IMG/VR virus record: IMGVR_UViG_3300020370_000004
Coordinates: 2,562 to 66,561 of that record
DNA length: 64,000 bases
Reading direction: 5' to 3' (one strand)
DNA from: a virus
Of the stretch, positions 1 to 9,629 are shown piece by piece (position 1 is the first letter of the stretch; the number at the start of each line of letters is the position of its first letter). The notes under the pieces were generated by a model. The model saw only the letters and a list, made by a program, of their open reading frames with translations. It was not told the DNA's origin and did not search any database. Position numbers and translations under genes: made by a program.

Positions 1-511
1 CAAATACATCTCCTTGCTCGTCGCTGTACTCGAATAGTTCTGCCTTCAGTTTATATACGTAACCTTTACCTAATTGATAGAAAGGTTCTTCATGCTCTAC
101 GAATTTTATTTCAAAGTAATTACTTGTTAATGGGAAATATATTAAGTCACCTTCTTGTGGTCTCTCAGGTGCTTTGTAATCTGGATCCAGTAAAAGGAAT
201 TGAGATATAAGATCTGAAAATCTCTGAGCAGAGATAACCATAGTTATTTCATCTTGCTGTGCTACACCAAACTTTGTGAGTAGATCTCCATTGCCAGCAA
301 ATCCTTCTGGGTTCTCTAGGTATGCTTCAATAATATATGCATCATTAAACTCACCAATTACTTCTTCATTAAAGACACCATCAGTCTGCATGATCTCTCT
401 AGGGCAGTAGAGTATATCCATCCCAAACATTTTGAGATGCTCTTCTACTAAGTTCTGCAATAAGAACTGTTCGTTCCTAGTGCCATGTGTGAAGTAAGTG
501 GATCTTGCCAT
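1..511 (-). CDS. gp14: T4-like neck protein gp14, runs off the left edge
   Basis: Manual translation from ATG at 511 (TAATG overlap with gp13 stop): MARSTYFTHGTRNEQFLLQNLVEEHLKMFGMDILYCPRE...RPQEGDLIYFPLTSNYFEIKFVEHEEPFYQLGK, carrying the gp14 RPxEGDLIYFP and FYQLGK motifs; follows gp13. Confidence 0.93.
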   Translation of the reverse strand, partial: MARSTYFTHGTRNEQFLLQNLVEEHLKMFGMDILYCPREIMQTDGVFNEEVIGEFNDAYIIEAYLENPEGFAGNGDLLTKFGVAQQDEITMVISAQRFSDLISQFLLLDPDYKAPERPQEGDLIYFPLTSNYFEIKFVEHEEPFYQLGKGYVYKLKAELFEYSDEQGDVF

Positions 512-1326
512 TAGCCAATCATATCCATAGGCATAGTCTCATAGACTGTGAGCATTTCGTCTTCTAGTTTTTGTACCTTCTCTTTACCTTCGTTATAAAT
601 GAACTCACCATTCATAGTAATTCCACCTGGCAATTGTGCTCCTTGGAACTTGATTAAGTTAGCACCCCACTGTCTTTGAATTAAGGCAGACACATATCTC
701 TTCATCCATATATCATTGTACACTGCTGTATCTGCAGTCGGATCAATAGCACGATAACATTCCAGAACTAGGAAGTCATCTGTATTGACATCAGTTTTCC
801 AGTCTAGATCTAAGTAAAGTTTGTTTCCTCTTAACTGAAATCTTGTTTGCTTTTGTCCCTCTAATAAGAAATATATGTCTTCTAGTCTACGGTTAACCAT
901 CTCATAGGTTAAGATTTCTGTATTGGTTAGATCCCAAAGGTCATTCAATCTCCACTGATACCTAACATCAAACAAGTTAGTTACGTTCTTAGATACAAAT
1001 GGGAATACCTTAATCACACTAGTGACATACTCAGGCATCTTTACATAATTATTCTGTTCTGAATAGTCAACAGCGAGAGCATTAGAAGTACCAGATGCAA
1101 TAGTAGTGGTAGTATCAGTGACCATGTTTTCACGCATGGCTTCACTCCACTTAATTTTTACGTGGGTTCTGATGTAACCATCACTATTTCTTTCATTGTA
1201 AAACTGGATAGCATCATCTACTAGATCATCTATCTGATCATCCTCTATGTTTATTTCTAGGACTGGTGCACCGTTTTGACGTAATGCATAATCTATCAGT
1301 CCCTGTCTTGTTGAAGCTTTAGCCAT
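511..1326 (-). CDS. gp13: T4-like neck protein gp13
   Basis: LIDYALRQNGAPVLEINI...QIDDLVDDAIQFY N-terminus and QWGANLIKFQGAQLPGGITMNG C-terminus typical of gp13; adjacent to gp14. Confidence 0.93.
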   Translation of the reverse strand: MAKASTRQGLIDYALRQNGAPVLEINIEDDQIDDLVDDAIQFYNERNSDGYIRTHVKIKWSEAMRENMVTDTTTTIASGTSNALAVDYSEQNNYVKMPEYVTSVIKVFPFVSKNVTNLFDVRYQWRLNDLWDLTNTEILTYEMVNRRLEDIYFLLEGQKQTRFQLRGNKLYLDLDWKTDVNTDDFLVLECYRAIDPTADTAVYNDIWMKRYVSALIQRQWGANLIKFQGAQLPGGITMNGEFIYNEGKEKVQKLEDEMLTVYETMPMDMIG

Positions 1327-1327
1327 T

Positions 1328-4300
1328 TTAAACTGGGTTGACGTTGAATCTAATTCTTACATAATATGTAGTATTAGAACTGAGGTTTACAGCACCTGGT
1401 AAAGTATACTGTGTTAAGTTTGTTGAGTTACCAAGAGATTGGTGAACAATAGTTGCAAATGTATTTGCAGGTGAGAACTGCCAATCACTAGATGAATGCT
1501 GATATCCAGTCTTCATCGCAATAGGATCAACTTGGATCGTTGGGTTAAAGGCAGGTGTTATTGTTTGAATATCTGGTTGGTCAACAAGAGGTGTGGAAAA
1601 GTTTACTGCTGATGTGTATGAACTTTCCAAGTTTGCATTGTCTCTAAATTTAACCTGTACAGAATAGGTAACATCAAAATCTAATGTTCCTGGTGTCACT
1701 GTGAATGATGTTTTATTATTCTCATCACCATTTGGTAGTGTGTTAGTTGTATCATATACAGTTACGTTGTCTGCAACTCTTCTAATTCTCCAGAAGGTTG
1801 CCTTATGTGTTGAACCTGCATACTCAGATACAAATGGAGCAGTTGTAATAACTGGTTGTCTTGATAATGTTTTATTAGTATCTGTATCAATAAATGGAGC
1901 TACAGATGCTGGTGCTGATACAAATTCAGATTCATTAACTGTTAGAGTAGCAGCATTAGATGTTACTGATGTTGCTGCTGTATTAGATAACACACAACGG
2001 AACTGCTCGTTTGGTGTTGTTGGATATGTTGTTGCGGGAGTAGTATAAGTTGATGAATTTGCACCATTTATATTTGACCAACTTACTGCATTGTCAACAG
2101 ACTTCTGCCACTGGTATGATATTACATCACTGGTTATTGATGCTCCAATATTAAATGTTGCAGTGCCACCCTCAATAACAGCCTGTGACTGTGGATGAGT
2201 TTGAATAGTGATAACACGTAAAACAGTTAATACTGCAAAGTTAGAAGTTATGGATGCTGCTGCTCCAACAAGAGATGCCACACAACGATAACGATCATTT
2301 CCATCATCAGCATATACTAGACTTGGTGTGGTATATGATGCTGAGGTTGCTCCACCAACAGTTACATAGTTTGCACCATTATCATCCGATCTTTCCCACT
2401 GGTAAGTTGGGGCACCACTGGATGTTGATGTAGTAATTGCAAAGTTTGCAGTACCACCTTCATTAGCAGTTACGTTAGATGGTTGTGCTGTGATAGAGAA
2501 TGTTCTTTGAACTGTTAGTGTAACTGCATTAGTGGTTACATCTGCAGCAGCACCTACTGCTGCTATAACACAACGATACTGATCATTATGATCTACTGCG
2601 TATGTTGTTGCTGATGTTGTATAAGATGCTGAGGTTGCTCCGCCAACTGGTGAAAAACTGTTACCTCCATCATCTGATCTTTCCCACTGATATGTAACAC
2701 TAGGTTCGTGTGCAGACTGACCACCTGCAGAACCACCACCTCCACCAGAAGGTGTATCAAAACTTTCCACATCAAAGGATGATGTCGCAGCATTACCACC
2801 AACAGGTGACATAGTAACACCACCAAGTGTGGTGAATGTTGCAGTCTGAGTTTCATCAACTGTTGCATCAGATGGTTGGGATGATACAACAACTGTTACT
2901 GTTTCTACCTGTAATGTAGCAGCATTAGATGGAAGCTGTGTTGCACCTGGTGCTGAAAGCAAACAACGATATTGATATTCATCTTGTGTTGTTGTTAATG
3001 TCTCAGTAGTATATGTTGAAGTAGTACCACCAGAACCTGTTGAAACATTAGACCATGACGAACCACCTGTGATAGATACTTGCCATTGGAATGTGATATC
3101 TCCTGCATCATTATCAGATGTAGTAGCAGCAACACCAAAAGATTGAGTGCCTCCAACTGCACCAGTTGCATTGACTGGTTGTGAAGTTATATTGATTGTT
3201 CTCTGTACTAAGTTACGTGCAACGCTTGATGTTACATTAGTAGCACCAGGACATGAGACTATACAACGATAGTAGTCACCATAGTCGGCATCGTATGTGG
3301 TAGCAGCTGTGATATATGTAGCTGCAGTTCCCCCAGTAGAAGTATAATTTATTCCATCACCATTCTCAGATTTCTGCCAATCATATGTAAGTACAGCACC
3401 ATCTGCAGTAGAACCAGCAATAGTAAATGTGGCAGTTGCAGGTGCCATTGGTTGTTGATCAGTTGGTTGATTACTTATAGTAATGACTCTGAATACTGTT
3501 AGTACAACTGCATTTGTATAGGATGGTTGAACAGCAGTAGCAGTATCCATCTTACAACGGAACTGATATGTGTTCTTCAAGAAGTCATCATCTACTGTTA
3601 AAGTATTTGTTGTTGCTCCACTATATCCACCACTGTTAGGAACGTTAGACCAACCAACTCCACCATTAGTTGATACTTCCCATTGGAATGTAATGGTAGA
3701 TCCATCAGAACTAATACCAGATACAGGACCAAACGTAGCAGTGTTACCAGAACCTGCTTCAACAGAAGCACCACTTGGTTGCTGTGTGATAGTAACTAGA
3801 ACACCAGTTCCTGTTGTGATAAATGAATATGATCTAGCATTACCTGTGGTATTCTCAGTTACAGTAAAGTTGAATGTAGTGTCAAGATAATCCGAAGTTA
3901 CAGTACCACTTAATGCACCTGTTGCTATATCCAATCCCAATCCAGACGCAGCGATAGAGTCTCCACTAAGAGTATATGCTTCTAAGGTTGGTTCGGATGC
4001 AAAGGTAGTACCAGATAAACCTAAATCAATATTAACACTCTGACCATTAGTAAATGATCCTATAGCACCAGAATTAGTTGTCCAAGTTACATTGGTATCA
4101 ACAAATGGGAAGAATGCACCACGCTTAGTGGTTAGTGAAGGACCCGTTTCATCATACTTAAAGTCAACACCACTATCTACTGGATAGTATATTACATTAG
4201 TATATGTACCAGTACCTGCAGCTTCTTGTGTATCTGTTTGAGATCTCAGTGTTACTGATCTAGAAACTACGCCATCAATACTTTCATGTGTTTTCTCTTC

Positions 4301-6445
4301 TGGTTTAACCAATGCCAAATAGTTTCCAGTACCACCACCTGTTGTACCTGCAGTAGCATTAGTAGAGTTCTGTACAGTAATAGTATTATTAACAGCACTC
4401 TCTGCCTGAATAGTTAACCATCCACTCTGTGATAATGCAGCAACGTCAATACCACCAACTGTCATACTAGCTGTTGAACCTGTTGTTCTTAACTGACACT
4501 TTCTACCAACATTACCAATAAAGTGAGCAGCGTCGGCTGGATCAAACTTGATTACAAGGAACTGAGATCCAGCTAATGTTTCAAATGGATTGTCTATTAG
4601 TCTTCTATCATCAATACTATTAGTAGGGTAACTTGATACAGCACCTCTTGTTATATCTCCTGATGCTCCACCAGTTCTAATGAATGTCTTAGCAAGACCA
4701 GGTAAATTATTTGTACTTAATGAATATCCATTTTTACCACACCATGCTGCAATAATACCTGTGACTAAAGGACCTGAGAATGATGTACCTGCAATGGTCT
4801 GATAGTTTGCAGCGTTTGTATATGGTGTATTAGCAGTCCAGTCATACTGTGGTGTAAGAATTCTAGCACCTGGTGCTACAGTTGTTACACCTCCACCATA
4901 GTTAGAGAAGTCTGCCCACCTGTCATTATATTCTGTAGCACCAACAGATATCTTATTCTGGTTTGTGTCTACGTTGTTGATACCACCTGTACTGTTGTCT
5001 GCATAACCTGCAGTTCTAGTACCTGCAATACACTTACCCTGTATAGGTCCAGCAAATGCATCACTGCTATTCTTGAAACCATTACCAGCTGACCTGACTA
5101 TAATAATATTATTTGTACTAGAAATAGTACCCTCGATATCATCTAGGATCTCCTCGTCAGTACCAGTGTCATCACCACTGTCGTTCAGTTCAACATATGG
5201 ATATGTCTCTGTAGGAATGGTAGGTCCGAATGATGAGTTGATTACAGCTGGACGGGTGTTACCTTTATAATTGGCATTACCACTATCATTGTGATCAATA
5301 ACTGCCTGATAAGCACCTAGGATATCGGTGTAACTACCAGACAAACCACTGTTAAAACACTTAAGTGCATAGATCTTGGCGTTCCTACTTATCCCAGCCG
5401 TTCTTCCAGCTGAAAGGATTGCACAATATGTACCATGTCCATTGTCATCTTCGTTAGTACTATATGGACTTGTATATCCAGTAACCTCATATACCCTATA
5501 GTTCTGTTGCTCTGAAGTACCATTTAAGTCAGATACAAAGTCTGGGTCATACAACTCAGGGTGAAGAGCAGCGTTGTTACCAGTTGGTCTACTTGCTCCA
5601 CGCACACCTGTATCAAGTACATAGATGTCAACTCCATCTCCTGACTGGTTGAAACTAAATTGATTGTTTAAATATTGCCTGTCTTGTTTTGATAGTCTAT
5701 CTAAGTGCCAGTAATCATGGACGTTGATTGTACCGAACCTGTCTGGAACTGCACCATATCTTCCCATACCAGAGTGAAGAGTACAATAGAAGTATAGGAT
5801 AGATGGTGTACCTGTACCAATAACTATCTCAGTACTTGCACCTGCCTGACCTGGTGTTCCTGATACGGTTACACCTGTGGTCATTTCAGAACCACCTGTA
5901 GTGTGTATACCGTCTGGAGTTAAAGAAAATCTTAGTGGATGATTAGCGTTTGATGTATCTGACTGATCAAATGTATATGTTGCTCCTTGTAAGAAACCAG
6001 TCTGGTTATTATATCTTGAATATGTACCGCCTTGACTTGATGAGAATGTATAGTAATTATTACCTGCTATGTTCTGAACCTTTACATATATGGTTCCAGT
6101 ACCACTACCTGTTAAGTTTCTAGTATTAGAAGTCGCAGTGTTTTCACCAGTAGTATTTAAACTTGTTGATCCACTGGTATCTATTGATAGAGCACCTGTG
6201 TCCACAGGGTCTAGAGAAAATGCTTGTTCATCCCATGTTACTTTCTTGACAACAGAAAGTGCACGTAACTTCTCGATCAACCCAGACTCATACTTCTCTG
6301 GGCAATCAAAAGTTATGATTGAAAAACTTCTATAGGATGTTACAAATGTAAGAAACCCATATATGTCTTGGATACCTTTTACAGCCGAATCCAGACTATA
6401 TCTATCAGCTACCCTTACGACTACTCGCTTCATTAGTATTGGCAC
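1328..6445 (-). CDS. Large S8 subtilisin-like serine protease with cupredoxin-like module, about 6 Ig-like repeats and C-terminal Fn3-like domains; probable virion protein (start may be ATG at 6433)
   Basis: Catalytic motifs VDIYVLDTG, NGHGTYCA, SAGN, ADFSNYG, GTSFSGP; six I(T/S)xQP-like...(Y/F)xW...(Y/F)RC Ig-like units; late promoter just upstream. Confidence 0.88.
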   Translation of the reverse strand: MPILMKRVVVRVADRYSLDSAVKGIQDIYGFLTFVTSYRSFSIITFDCPEKYESGLIEKLRALSVVKKVTWDEQAFSLDPVDTGALSIDTSGSTSLNTTGENTATSNTRNLTGSGTGTIYVKVQNIAGNNYYTFSSSQGGTYSRYNNQTGFLQGATYTFDQSDTSNANHPLRFSLTPDGIHTTGGSEMTTGVTVSGTPGQAGASTEIVIGTGTPSILYFYCTLHSGMGRYGAVPDRFGTINVHDYWHLDRLSKQDRQYLNNQFSFNQSGDGVDIYVLDTGVRGASRPTGNNAALHPELYDPDFVSDLNGTSEQQNYRVYEVTGYTSPYSTNEDDNGHGTYCAILSAGRTAGISRNAKIYALKCFNSGLSGSYTDILGAYQAVIDHNDSGNANYKGNTRPAVINSSFGPTIPTETYPYVELNDSGDDTGTDEEILDDIEGTISSTNNIIIVRSAGNGFKNSSDAFAGPIQGKCIAGTRTAGYADNSTGGINNVDTNQNKISVGATEYNDRWADFSNYGGGVTTVAPGARILTPQYDWTANTPYTNAANYQTIAGTSFSGPLVTGIIAAWCGKNGYSLSTNNLPGLAKTFIRTGGASGDITRGAVSSYPTNSIDDRRLIDNPFETLAGSQFLVIKFDPADAAHFIGNVGRKCQLRTTGSTASMTVGGIDVAALSQSGWLTIQAESAVNNTITVQNSTNATAGTTGGGTGNYLALVKPEEKTHESIDGVVSRSVTLRSQTDTQEAAGTGTYTNVIYYPVDSGVDFKYDETGPSLTTKRGAFFPFVDTNVTWTTNSGAIGSFTNGQSVNIDLGLSGTTFASEPTLEAYTLSGDSIAASGLGLDIATGALSGTVTSDYLDTTFNFTVTENTTGNARSYSFITTGTGVLVTITQQPSGASVEAGSGNTATFGPVSGISSDGSTITFQWEVSTNGGVGWSNVPNSGGYSGATTNTLTVDDDFLKNTYQFRCKMDTATAVQPSYTNAVVLTVFRVITISNQPTDQQPMAPATATFTIAGSTADGAVLTYDWQKSENGDGINYTSTGGTAATYITAATTYDADYGDYYRCIVSCPGATNVTSSVARNLVQRTINITSQPVNATGAVGGTQSFGVAATTSDNDAGDITFQWQVSITGGSSWSNVSTGSGGTTSTYTTETLTTTQDEYQYRCLLSAPGATQLPSNAATLQVETVTVVVSSQPSDATVDETQTATFTTLGGVTMSPVGGNAATSSFDVESFDTPSGGGGGSAGGQSAHEPSVTYQWERSDDGGNSFSPVGGATSASYTTSATTYAVDHNDQYRCVIAAVGAAADVTTNAVTLTVQRTFSITAQPSNVTANEGGTANFAITTSTSSGAPTYQWERSDDNGANYVTVGGATSASYTTPSLVYADDGNDRYRCVASLVGAAASITSNFAVLTVLRVITIQTHPQSQAVIEGGTATFNIGASITSDVISYQWQKSVDNAVSWSNINGANSSTYTTPATTYPTTPNEQFRCVLSNTAATSVTSNAATLTVNESEFVSAPASVAPFIDTDTNKTLSRQPVITTAPFVSEYAGSTHKATFWRIRRVADNVTVYDTTNTLPNGDENNKTSFTVTPGTLDFDVTYSVQVKFRDNANLESSYTSAVNFSTPLVDQPDIQTITPAFNPTIQVDPIAMKTGYQHSSSDWQFSPANTFATIVHQSLGNSTNLTQYTLPGAVNLSSNTTYYVRIRFNVNPV

Positions 6446-6461
6446 TATAATCCTTCAGATC

Positions 6462-6468
6462 TATTTAG
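6462..6468 (-). promoter_or_regulatory. T4-type late promoter (CTAAATA) for the protease gene
   Basis: tatttag on the + strand, intergenic, about 20-30 nt upstream of the start. Confidence 0.6.
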
Positions 6469-6486
6469 TCGCAAAAACCTTAGGAC

Positions 6487-6516
6487 AAAAAAATACCCGA
6501 AAAATTTTTTCGGGTA
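6487..6516 (-). terminator. Rho-independent terminator
   Basis: Inverted repeat tacccgaaaaa/ttttttcgggta (6494-6516) followed on the minus strand by a T7 run (6487-6493), just downstream of ORF 6541-6888. Confidence 0.75.
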
Positions 6517-6540
6517 AAATGGAATCAAAAAGTGAATTTT

Positions 6541-6888
6541 CTATTCTGTCTGTGCCAGTAATTTTTTTATCTCCCCTTCAGTTGGTAGCTTTGCCATCCT
6601 CTCTACTGGTTTGGAGAACTTCAAATCATGTTTAGCATCGAATTGAAACTTGGTTCTGAGGTGTGTCTTATCTCTTTCGATTATCAAATGATAGTAATGA
6701 CCATAGACATTCTCTGTGGTTCCTATTGATATAATAGTTCTACCATTATAAAAGTCTCCTACTTTATAGGGGCAAGTCTCCATAGTCCCATCAAACGGAA
6801 TATGAAACTGTCTAGAATTTACATGCTCCTGTTGTCTGAGTTCACTTGACTTTCCTATCTCTGAAGCTTTATTCTGTCTTAGGGGCAT
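6541..6888 (-). CDS. Hypothetical protein (115 aa)
   Basis: ORF in operon orientation, overlaps the upstream ORF, followed by a terminator. Confidence 0.65.
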   Translation of the reverse strand: MPLRQNKASEIGKSSELRQQEHVNSRQFHIPFDGTMETCPYKVGDFYNGRTIISIGTTENVYGHYYHLIIERDKTHLRTKFQFDAKHDLKFSKPVERMAKLPTEGEIKKLLAQTE

Positions 6889-7060
6889 CTGGTATTCCTT
6901 CCTCTGGTTTCTTGAGTGTCATATTTAATGCTTCTATTGCTCCTTCCAATCTCAGTACTTGGTCTTTACGAGTTGATAGTTGCTTTTCAAGTTCAACGAT
7001 TGTTGCCTTTTGTTCTTTTAATTGATCGGTGAAGTCCTTCACCATTGTCTCAGCGTCCAT
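6869..7060 (-). CDS. Small coiled-coil hypothetical protein
   Basis: Heptad pattern LKEQKATIVELEKQL...VLRLEGAIEALN; late promoter upstream. Confidence 0.75.
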   Translation of the reverse strand: MDAETMVKDFTDQLKEQKATIVELEKQLSTRKDQVLRLEGAIEALNMTLKKPEEGIPDAPKTE

Positions 7061-7081
7061 GTTTTAGAATGATAAGTGTAC

Positions 7082-7088
7082 TATTTAG
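7082..7088 (-). promoter_or_regulatory. T4-type late promoter (CTAAATA)
   Basis: tatttag overlapping the stop of the oxygenase gene, about 22 nt upstream of the ATG at 7060. Confidence 0.55.
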
Positions 7089-7795
7089 TGCAGAAATGCA
7101 TTGAAGGTTAGGCGGTTTGTATCCCATCCGTCCTGTACAAAGTACGGTGAGTGCCACATTCTACCTTCATATACTAGCAAAGAATTAAACTCATGTGGTT
7201 CCACATGATACCTTTCCCAGTCTTTAGATCTATATTGTGATGGGTCAAAGTTAACAAAGGCACTCACTTTGTTAGCAAGTCTTGATGTTCGATAGTTCTT
7301 GTCAGATGAAACATACTCTTCTTGGAACTCTTTACTTTTCCAGAATGCAGTACCTGACTTAGTATCCATCAACTCCTCATCAAAGTTTAATGATAACACA
7401 GCAGCATAGTGAGTGTCATCTGTATGTGGTGCTAGACTGCACATACGACATTTCTCCTGTACCTCATACATTTGAAATGTGAAGTGGGAGAACTCTGGTT
7501 GGAGCATAATCTTCTTATCAGCTTCAAAGTAAGTTGCCAATAAGAACTTGAAGTTAGGGTAGAACTGATTTGCTATGTGTCCTAACTTACAAACATAACC
7601 AGGTAGATTAGAGAATTGACCACTAACTGTATTGACATAATCAGTTGCTAGTGCATATGCTCTGACCTGTTCTGGGTTCTTAAAGAAGTTTTTGATCTTA
7701 ATGACCCTGTTCTTTGCACTCCCGATATGAAGTTGCTCAACTTCCCAATCCTTTGGGTGATGAGTTTCCAACATTTTAGGATCTACTATCTTCAT
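7085..7795 (-). CDS. 2OG-Fe(II) oxygenase-like protein (DUF6445-like)
   Basis: HxD motif (PHTD) followed by AAVLSL, GTAFW, FNSLLVYEGRMWHS (distal His) and RLT (2OG-binding Arg). Confidence 0.8.
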   Translation of the reverse strand: MKIVDPKMLETHHPKDWEVEQLHIGSAKNRVIKIKNFFKNPEQVRAYALATDYVNTVSGQFSNLPGYVCKLGHIANQFYPNFKFLLATYFEADKKIMLQPEFSHFTFQMYEVQEKCRMCSLAPHTDDTHYAAVLSLNFDEELMDTKSGTAFWKSKEFQEEYVSSDKNYRTSRLANKVSAFVNFDPSQYRSKDWERYHVEPHEFNSLLVYEGRMWHSPYFVQDGWDTNRLTFNAFLH

Positions 7796-7869
7796 TTTTT
7801 AAATACACCAAGTTGTCTTAGTAGGACAATAGTAAGCACTGTCCAAAAAATTACATACCATGCACTCAT
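7792..7869 (-). CDS. 25-aa single-pass membrane micropeptide MSAWYVIFWTVLTIVLLRQLGVFKK (not in ORF track)
   Basis: Fills the whole gap between two genes; ATG 2 nt after the upstream stop; ATGA overlap with the oxygenase start; hydrophobic core plus basic tail. Confidence 0.6.
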   Translation of the reverse strand: MSAWYVIFWTVLTIVLLRQLGVFKK

Positions 7870-7871
7870 AA

Positions 7872-9629
7872 TTAATTACCGCTAATGTACTGTTTTACTG
7901 TGTCATCCTTTTCAAGTACCATTACATGAATACCATTCCACCAATGGACTGGACTTTCAATAACACTACTTAGGATCTTTCTCTCAAGATAACATTTTAA
8001 GTTGTTCTCCTGAGCCCATGATACTGCTCCTTCCACAACACCATCAAAGTTAGCATCATCAACAATAAGAATAAACTTCTCATCGAGGAAAGGTAACAAA
8101 TGATTTAAGTTGTTCATCTGTACCATCATATCATGATTTGCGTCATAAAACAAGATGTTGACTTTACTACCACCAAAGTCTTCTTCAGTTAGTTCCTCAA
8201 CACTTGCTTTAACAAATGCAGCATTGCCATTCTCATACTTCTGCCAGTTGTTAACAAAGGTATCATAAGGATTACCACACTCAGTCCACATACCACGATC
8301 GACTATCGGTTTAACATTTGGTTCTGAGAAGTCATCAACTCCAATACATTTTGCCTTATTGTTCATGGTAGCAGCAAAGAATGTACTACCAGTATAGGTA
8401 CCAAGTTCAAGATATACTGCGTCATCATGTGAACAAAGACTATTAAGGAAATGTCTTATCCTGTTTGATGATAGTCCTGGAATACTATATCCTTCTGGTT
8501 CAAAATTAGATGTCTGTGTGTTACCATCGTCTATTGCTTTCAACACTCTCTGAGTATAGTCATCAACAGTAGTAGGTCTTCCTTGTTTCTTGAGGTGTGC
8601 ATCAACGACTGCTTCACAGTAGTTGCAGTCCCAACATTCAAAACCACATGTTTTTATCTTCTCTCTCCATAGAGCAATAGGACTATCTGGTATCTTAAGA
8701 TCCTCCATGTACTCTTTAAAATCACCTGTGACAAGTTCATGTTCAGATGCCCATGCTTCTATCATCTGCATAGACTCCATTAACTTCATGCCATTTTCCC
8801 TACCATGCATCTTGAATACATCTATGCCAAGGTCAAGGAACTCTTCCCAATCCTCTCTCCATGGAGGTAAGTTAGCTGCCTTTAGTGCATGAGAGTTATC
8901 TTCTATATCCCATAGTGAACAAGAATGAGTACTGATAGGATCATTGAAATACTGAGGAGTTTGTTCTGTCCTTGTATTATTGAAATGATAATGCTCATCC
9001 ATCATAGAGCATCCACCCCAACAACCCTCATTTGCCAATAGAGATAACTCTACTGGTTTACCAATCTCAGCACAATATTCTTTTGCTTTCTTTATCTTCT
9101 TTAATGCTTCCCTATCTCTCATCAAATCTCTATCAAGATTGATGTAATGAAAACCTACTTTAGCAAGAGCAACTATCTCATTTGGTTTAGTGACATTCCT
9201 GAGTATTGTATTCTTGATTTTTAATTCTGGAAATTCTTTTTGAATTATACCTGTGCTAAGCCAACTAGTATGTGGAAGGGTAACTGTCTTAACACCTAGA
9301 TCATATAACTGTCCAAAGTTCTTTACAAACAGATCCAGTTGTTCTATATCGGGTCTGACGTATATGTTATTGAAAGTAGCAGACAGTGGTATATTACCAG
9401 CATCTTCTGATATTGCTTTTGCATTATAATATAATTGCCTTACGTCACCTTGAAAGACATCACCCATTGAGTCTTGGGTGAATGGTGGCATTCGGCATGT
9501 AAAGTATAAGTCGTAAATATAATCTTTATATCTCTTCAACCAAGGAACAAAAACGGTCTCTGCGTACTTGGAATCAATCTTAGGATTAATTGGAAGACTG
9601 AAGACGGATTTTCTCTTTCGGGATTTCAT
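7872..9629 (-). CDS. Fusion of a U32-peptidase-like (putative Fe-S) domain and a class I SAM-dependent methyltransferase
   Basis: N-half: INLDRDL, LLANEGCWGGC, HSCSLW, GIDVFKMHGRE, CGFECWDCNYC. C-half: YLELGTYTGST (SAM motif I), LFYDANH, ILIVDD (Methyltransf_24-like). Confidence 0.72.
   Translation of the reverse strand: MKSRKRKSVFSLPINPKIDSKYAETVFVPWLKRYKDYIYDLYFTCRMPPFTQDSMGDVFQGDVRQLYYNAKAISEDAGNIPLSATFNNIYVRPDIEQLDLFVKNFGQLYDLGVKTVTLPHTSWLSTGIIQKEFPELKIKNTILRNVTKPNEIVALAKVGFHYINLDRDLMRDREALKKIKKAKEYCAEIGKPVELSLLANEGCWGGCSMMDEHYHFNNTRTEQTPQYFNDPISTHSCSLWDIEDNSHALKAANLPPWREDWEEFLDLGIDVFKMHGRENGMKLMESMQMIEAWASEHELVTGDFKEYMEDLKIPDSPIALWREKIKTCGFECWDCNYCEAVVDAHLKKQGRPTTVDDYTQRVLKAIDDGNTQTSNFEPEGYSIPGLSSNRIRHFLNSLCSHDDAVYLELGTYTGSTFFAATMNNKAKCIGVDDFSEPNVKPIVDRGMWTECGNPYDTFVNNWQKYENGNAAFVKASVEELTEEDFGGSKVNILFYDANHDMMVQMNNLNHLLPFLDEKFILIVDDANFDGVVEGAVSWAQENNLKCYLERKILSSVIESPVHWWNGIHVMVLEKDDTVKQYISGN

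Noticed and set aside
6363-6635. Plus-strand 90-aa ORF across the intergenic region
   Set aside because: Spans a terminator, a late promoter and two minus-strand genes; no supporting signals.
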